DNA from: Candidatus Dadabacteria bacterium
GTDB taxonomy: Bacteria; Desulfobacterota_D; UBA1144; Nemesobacterales; Nemesobacteraceae
Direction of reading: 5' to 3'
NCBI GenBank assembly: GCA_951812945.1
Contig: CATOTB010000002.1
Span: 27,238 to 91,237, forward strand
Length of the DNA stretch: 64,000 nt
The notes beneath the pieces are model-generated. The model did not search any database and was not told the DNA's origin. It was given only the letters and a program-made list of their open reading frames with translations. Below are positions 58,125-64,000 of this stretch, piece by piece; position 1 is the first letter of the stretch, and the number at the start of each line of letters is the position of its first letter. The translations under genes and the position numbers were made by a program.

Positions 58125-59732
58125 ATGCCCAAGATAACCATCGACGGAATCGAACTTGATGTGGACGACGGACTGAACGTCATCCAGGCTGCCGCGGTGG
58201 CCGGGATAGAGATCCCTCACTTCTGCTATCACCCCTCTCTAAGCGTAGTCGCCCAGTGCAGGCAGTGCCTAGTGGAAGTGGAAGGGGTTCCCAAGGTCCT
58301 TCCCGCGTGCAACACAACGGTAAGAGACGGCCTCGTGGTAAAAACAGACACCGAAAAAGCTTTTGAGGCCAGAAAAGCGGCCGTTGAGTTCACGCTTATA
58401 AACCACCCGCTTGACTGTCCCATATGCGACAAGGGGGGAGAATGTCCGCTCCAAATGACCACTTTCGCTCACGGTCCCGGCTACAGCAGGGTCGGCGGTC
58501 CCGAGAACAAGAAGGTAAGGCAGAAAAGCTACCTGAGCGACCGCATAATGTACGACGCCAACAGGTGCATCATGTGCACCAGGTGCGTGCGTTTTACGGA
58601 TGAGGTGACGAAAACCCATGAACTCGGAACTACCGGAAGGGGGTTTCGCAAGAAAATCTCGGTTTTCCCAGGGAAGACGCTTGATAACGAACTTGCGGGA
58701 AACGTGATTGACATCTGCCCGGTCGGAGCCCTGCTCCCCAAGGACACGCTTCACGACGAGAGGGTCTGGTACATGGAATTCACAGACTCGGTGTGTTCTC
58801 TCTGCAGCAACGGGTGCAACATTACCGTGGGCGTTGACCCGAGGAAAGGAGAGGTCTCCCGCATCCGCCCGAGAATAAACCAGGAAGTGAACGGACACTG
58901 GATATGCGACAGGGGAAGATTTGATTACAAGGAAGTCCAGGAGTCAACCAGGCTTAAAGATCCAATAATGAGAAACGATAAAGACTACGAGATAGCATCC
59001 TGGGAAAACGCGATTAACAGCGTTGGGGCAAGGCTCTCGGGAATAAAGTCGGGCGGCGCGGGTCGCTGCGCGATTGCGGGATCGGCCAGGCTTACAAACG
59101 AGGAGATGTTCCTTTCGGTGAAGCTTTCATCCACACTTGGAGACTGCCCGGCAATCTGTGCTGCGGGAACCGAGAAAATAGAGAAAAAATTCGACCTCGT
59201 AAGCAACGATCCCTATCCAAACAGCGCGGGAGCGAGAAACCTCATGACGCAGGTAAACGGAGAGGATGTGAAAACGACGATCGACTCGCTGCTTGCCGGC
59301 GGAATCGATACTCTGGTCATCATTGAAGCGGATCTGTTTGAACTGGTTTCCTCCAATGAAAAGTACGCTCTTTCGCGCGCACTTGAGAAAATCGGATTTC
59401 TCGCCGTTATAGACTACAAACTCACCGAGACCGCGAGATACGCCCACGTGATACTTCCCGCGGCAAGCCCCTATGAAAAAAACGGAACTTTCACGAACGA
59501 TACCGGACGGGTTCAGAGAATAAAAAAGGCCATCCCTCCTCCCGGGAATGCTAAGTCCGGATGCGAAATACTGTGCATGATCGGGGAGCGGGTCGACAAG
59601 CCCCTGTTCAGCTACGGCTCCGCGTCGGAAGTGATGGACGACATAAGCCTCAAGATCCCCGGATACGGGGGGATCAGCTACGACAGAATAAGCACCGTCG
59701 GAAAAGTTCTTGAACACGGCGCGGGCAGATGA
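58125..59732 (+). CDS. nuoG: NADH-quinone oxidoreductase subunit G (short form)
   Basis: N-terminal 2Fe-2S Cys pattern, HPLDCPICDKGGEC, CIMCTRCVRF and a molybdopterin-like domain. Confidence 0.85.
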   Translation: MPKITIDGIELDVDDGLNVIQAAAVAGIEIPHFCYHPSLSVVAQCRQCLVEVEGVPKVLPACNTTVRDGLVVKTDTEKAFEARKAAVEFTLINHPLDCPICDKGGECPLQMTTFAHGPGYSRVGGPENKKVRQKSYLSDRIMYDANRCIMCTRCVRFTDEVTKTHELGTTGRGFRKKISVFPGKTLDNELAGNVIDICPVGALLPKDTLHDERVWYMEFTDSVCSLCSNGCNITVGVDPRKGEVSRIRPRINQEVNGHWICDRGRFDYKEVQESTRLKDPIMRNDKDYEIASWENAINSVGARLSGIKSGGAGRCAIAGSARLTNEEMFLSVKLSSTLGDCPAICAAGTEKIEKKFDLVSNDPYPNSAGARNLMTQVNGEDVKTTIDSLLAGGIDTLVIIEADLFELVSSNEKYALSRALEKIGFLAVIDYKLTETARYAHVILPAASPYEKNGTFTNDTGRVQRIKKAIPPPGNAKSGCEILCMIGERVDKPLFSYGSASEVMDDISLKIPGYGGISYDRISTVGKVLEHGAGR

Positions 59733-60778
59733 CTCCACTTTTAATATCAATAGCGGTCGCAAAGATAGCGCTTGTTTTTTTCGTCGTTCTGACGGTGGTC
59801 GCCTATCTCACCTTCGCGGAAAGAAGGTTAAGCGCTTTCATACAGGACCGCTACGGACCGAACAGGGTTGGCCCTTCAGGGCTTCTGCAGCCCCTTGCCG
59901 ACGGCATAAAATTCATTTTCAAAGAAGACATAATTCCGAAGAATGCGAACAAGACTATGTATATCATGGCCCCGGCTTTTGCGCTCGTCACGGCCCTAGC
60001 GGCACTCGCGGTAATTCCCATAGGAAAGGGGTTTTACACGGATCTTTTCGGGTTTCTCCAGGATCCCGTATTCATAAGGTTCCAGATAGCCGACATAAAC
60101 GTCGGCCTTCTCTACGTGCTTGGAATAAGTTCGCTAAGCGTATACGGAGTGGTGCTCGGCGGGTGGGGTTCTAACAGCAAATACTCCCTTCTGGGAGGTC
60201 TTCGGGCGGCGGCGCAGATGATAAGCTACGAACTCGCGCTTGGCCTGTCCATACTGGGGGTAATCGCCATAACGGGTTCGCTTCGCTTAGGGGACATAAT
60301 CGAAGCGCAGGAAAGGATGTGGTTTATGATCCCGTCATTCATAGGTTTTGTGGTTTTCGTCGTCTCGGCGTTTGCCGAAACCAACCGGCTTCCATTTGAT
60401 ATGCCGGAAGCGGAACCCGAGATAGTCGCCGGCTACCACACCGAATACAGCAGCATGAAATTTGCAATGTTCTTCATGGCTGAATATACTCACATGATAG
60501 TTGCCTCGTGCATGATAACTTGTTTATTTTTGGGTGGTTGGTATCCCTTACCGTTCGGAGGGTGGTTCGGCATTGATATCAACACGCATTGGTATCTGCC
60601 GCCTGCCGTCTTTATCGGCAAAGTCCTTTTCTTACTCTTCCTGTTTATTTGGGTAAGATGGACTTTGCCACGGTTCAGGTACGATCAGGTAATGAGTCTC
60701 GGCTGGAAGAAGCTTCTCCCCCTAGCAGTAGTTAATCTGCTCCTCGTAAGTATTCTTATCGTTTCTGGAATCCTTTAG
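59729..60778 (+). CDS. nuoH: NADH-quinone oxidoreductase subunit H
   Basis: ERRLSAFIQDRYGPNRVGP and ETNRLPFDMPEAEPEIVAGYHTEYS signatures. 4-nt overlap with nuoG. Confidence 0.95.
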   Translation: MTPLLISIAVAKIALVFFVVLTVVAYLTFAERRLSAFIQDRYGPNRVGPSGLLQPLADGIKFIFKEDIIPKNANKTMYIMAPAFALVTALAALAVIPIGKGFYTDLFGFLQDPVFIRFQIADINVGLLYVLGISSLSVYGVVLGGWGSNSKYSLLGGLRAAAQMISYELALGLSILGVIAITGSLRLGDIIEAQERMWFMIPSFIGFVVFVVSAFAETNRLPFDMPEAEPEIVAGYHTEYSSMKFAMFFMAEYTHMIVASCMITCLFLGGWYPLPFGGWFGIDINTHWYLPPAVFIGKVLFLLFLFIWVRWTLPRFRYDQVMSLGWKKLLPLAVVNLLLVSILIVSGIL

Positions 60779-60914
60779 CATATAATTGCATTCATGAGTG
60801 GTTCACACGCTCTGCCCGCAGAAGAAATCAGGAAGGGTTTTAGCTTTGAGGGCAGATATGGTTTTAAAGCTCGTTTCACCAGACTATAGTAAGTCCCAAA
60901 CGATTTCCGGGAAC

Positions 60915-61595
60915 CTACGAAGATACAATCAGCAGACGGTCGTTGCGCTTCTGTAACGGACGTGCATTGTGTCCGAACATCCGCTCAAAGTTTGCAACCT
61001 GTCCTGCACTCACCTCAATTGCGTCCGGAAAAATGAACCAGTGTACTCCCTCACTGCAGGGAGGGGTGGTGAGTGACCCCTTGTAATGGAAGTAGCCGGT
61101 GGTCGCCGTCGGCAGTATCGCAGATGCATCCACTGTCGTGCCCGCAACATCAACTTCTATTCCTGCCTCGGTCGGTATGTTGTCAAACACCGCAGCCAGA
61201 GCATGGTTTTGTGTGCCTATTTCCATCATAACACCAACCACCGCGAGTACGCCTGTTAGGTTTTTATGTACGAAATGTGCCTCCATCGCCGTGTGCAAAC
61301 CATCAAAGGCGTGTTCGCTCGGAACGTGAAAGTGAAACTGCAACAGTTCGTAAATTTCATCTGCTGCAGTCAGTGTGCTGCCGGGTGCATAATTTATCTG
61401 GAGGGTATGTCCGCTGTTTAAAATCTTCAGAGAAGATGGCTTGTAATCAAATTTCAGTGCTGGTCCCTCGACGGGAAAGGCACTGGTGATGTCAATCGGT
61501 GACTGCATGCGTCCGATAGCGCAAGTCGCATAATCCGGCGAGAGCAAGCCCCAGTTATCGGGGCCTTCGACCCCGGTATAGCCCCAGCAAGTCAA
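60915..61595 (-). CDS. Alpha-class carbonic anhydrase without a recognisable signal peptide
   Basis: QSPIDI, QFHFHVPSEH, HFVH and TTPPCSEGVHW motifs. TTG start with GGAGGA 5 nt upstream. An in-frame stop lies 26 codons upstream. Confidence 0.8.
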   Translation of the reverse strand: MTCWGYTGVEGPDNWGLLSPDYATCAIGRMQSPIDITSAFPVEGPALKFDYKPSSLKILNSGHTLQINYAPGSTLTAADEIYELLQFHFHVPSEHAFDGLHTAMEAHFVHKNLTGVLAVVGVMMEIGTQNHALAAVFDNIPTEAGIEVDVAGTTVDASAILPTATTGYFHYKGSLTTPPCSEGVHWFIFPDAIEVSAGQVANFERMFGHNARPLQKRNDRLLIVSS

Positions 61596-61713
61596 CCCAG
61601 TCCTCCATAACGTATTCCCGTATGGGTTTCCGTGAGCGCATATATCACTAGCTGTGGTTCTTGGGAAATTCTATAAAGCCATCGCATCGCGGCAAGCGGA
61701 ATAACTAAAGTTA

Positions 61714-64000
<2,287 letters not shown>

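Overview
The window looks like chromosomal DNA of a diderm bacterium: it has TamB, an RND/MFP efflux pair, lipoproteins and AddAB, and GC is moderate by eye. Most of it is densely packed housekeeping and transport genes. These include partial aldehyde dehydrogenase, a family-5 SBP, an SPFH/NfeD pair, ApgM, an amidase, PolX-LigA, RlmB, an M23 peptidase, TamB, Der, an MntR-controlled ABC-3 metal importer, AddAB, FumC, an RND pump, TrxA, HisS, an MFS transporter, TatA, NuoG-NuoH, an alpha-carbonic anhydrase and partial GyrB. Two tRNAs are present, Leu-GAG and Arg-CCU. No rRNA or CRISPR array was seen.

The most unusual content is two AT-rich patches that turn out to be related. (i) At 33768-36849 lies a 3.1-kb IS1595-family transposon with perfect 25-bp terminal inverted repeats and an 8-bp target duplication (TAAATTTT). 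It carries passenger genes, including a metzincin-like lipoprotein. (ii) At about 900-1968 lies a decayed relative with a transposase remnant.

Both patches contain the same promoter / ~90-100-nt structured 5' leader / signal-peptide module in front of unrelated secreted proteins. The leader has a long closing stem with a compensatory change and sense-strand-only G-U pairs, so it is a candidate unclassified cis-regulatory RNA. In the decayed copy the promoter spacer is an A6G9 homopolymer tract, which suggests a phase-variable switch.

Other items worth a second look:
- a membrane-anchored SF1 (helicase IV-like) helicase with an embedded nuclease-like insert and C-terminal zinc ribbons, split by a frameshift in an A10 run
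- a cache-domain protein with a frameshifted signal peptide and an unassigned C-terminal sorting-like tail
- ABC-3 permeases with wHTH-like tails
- a signal-peptide-less alpha-CA
- toxin-antitoxin loci, one of them leaderless and one an orphan antitoxin

All functional calls rest on motif recognition by eye. No database searches were run.
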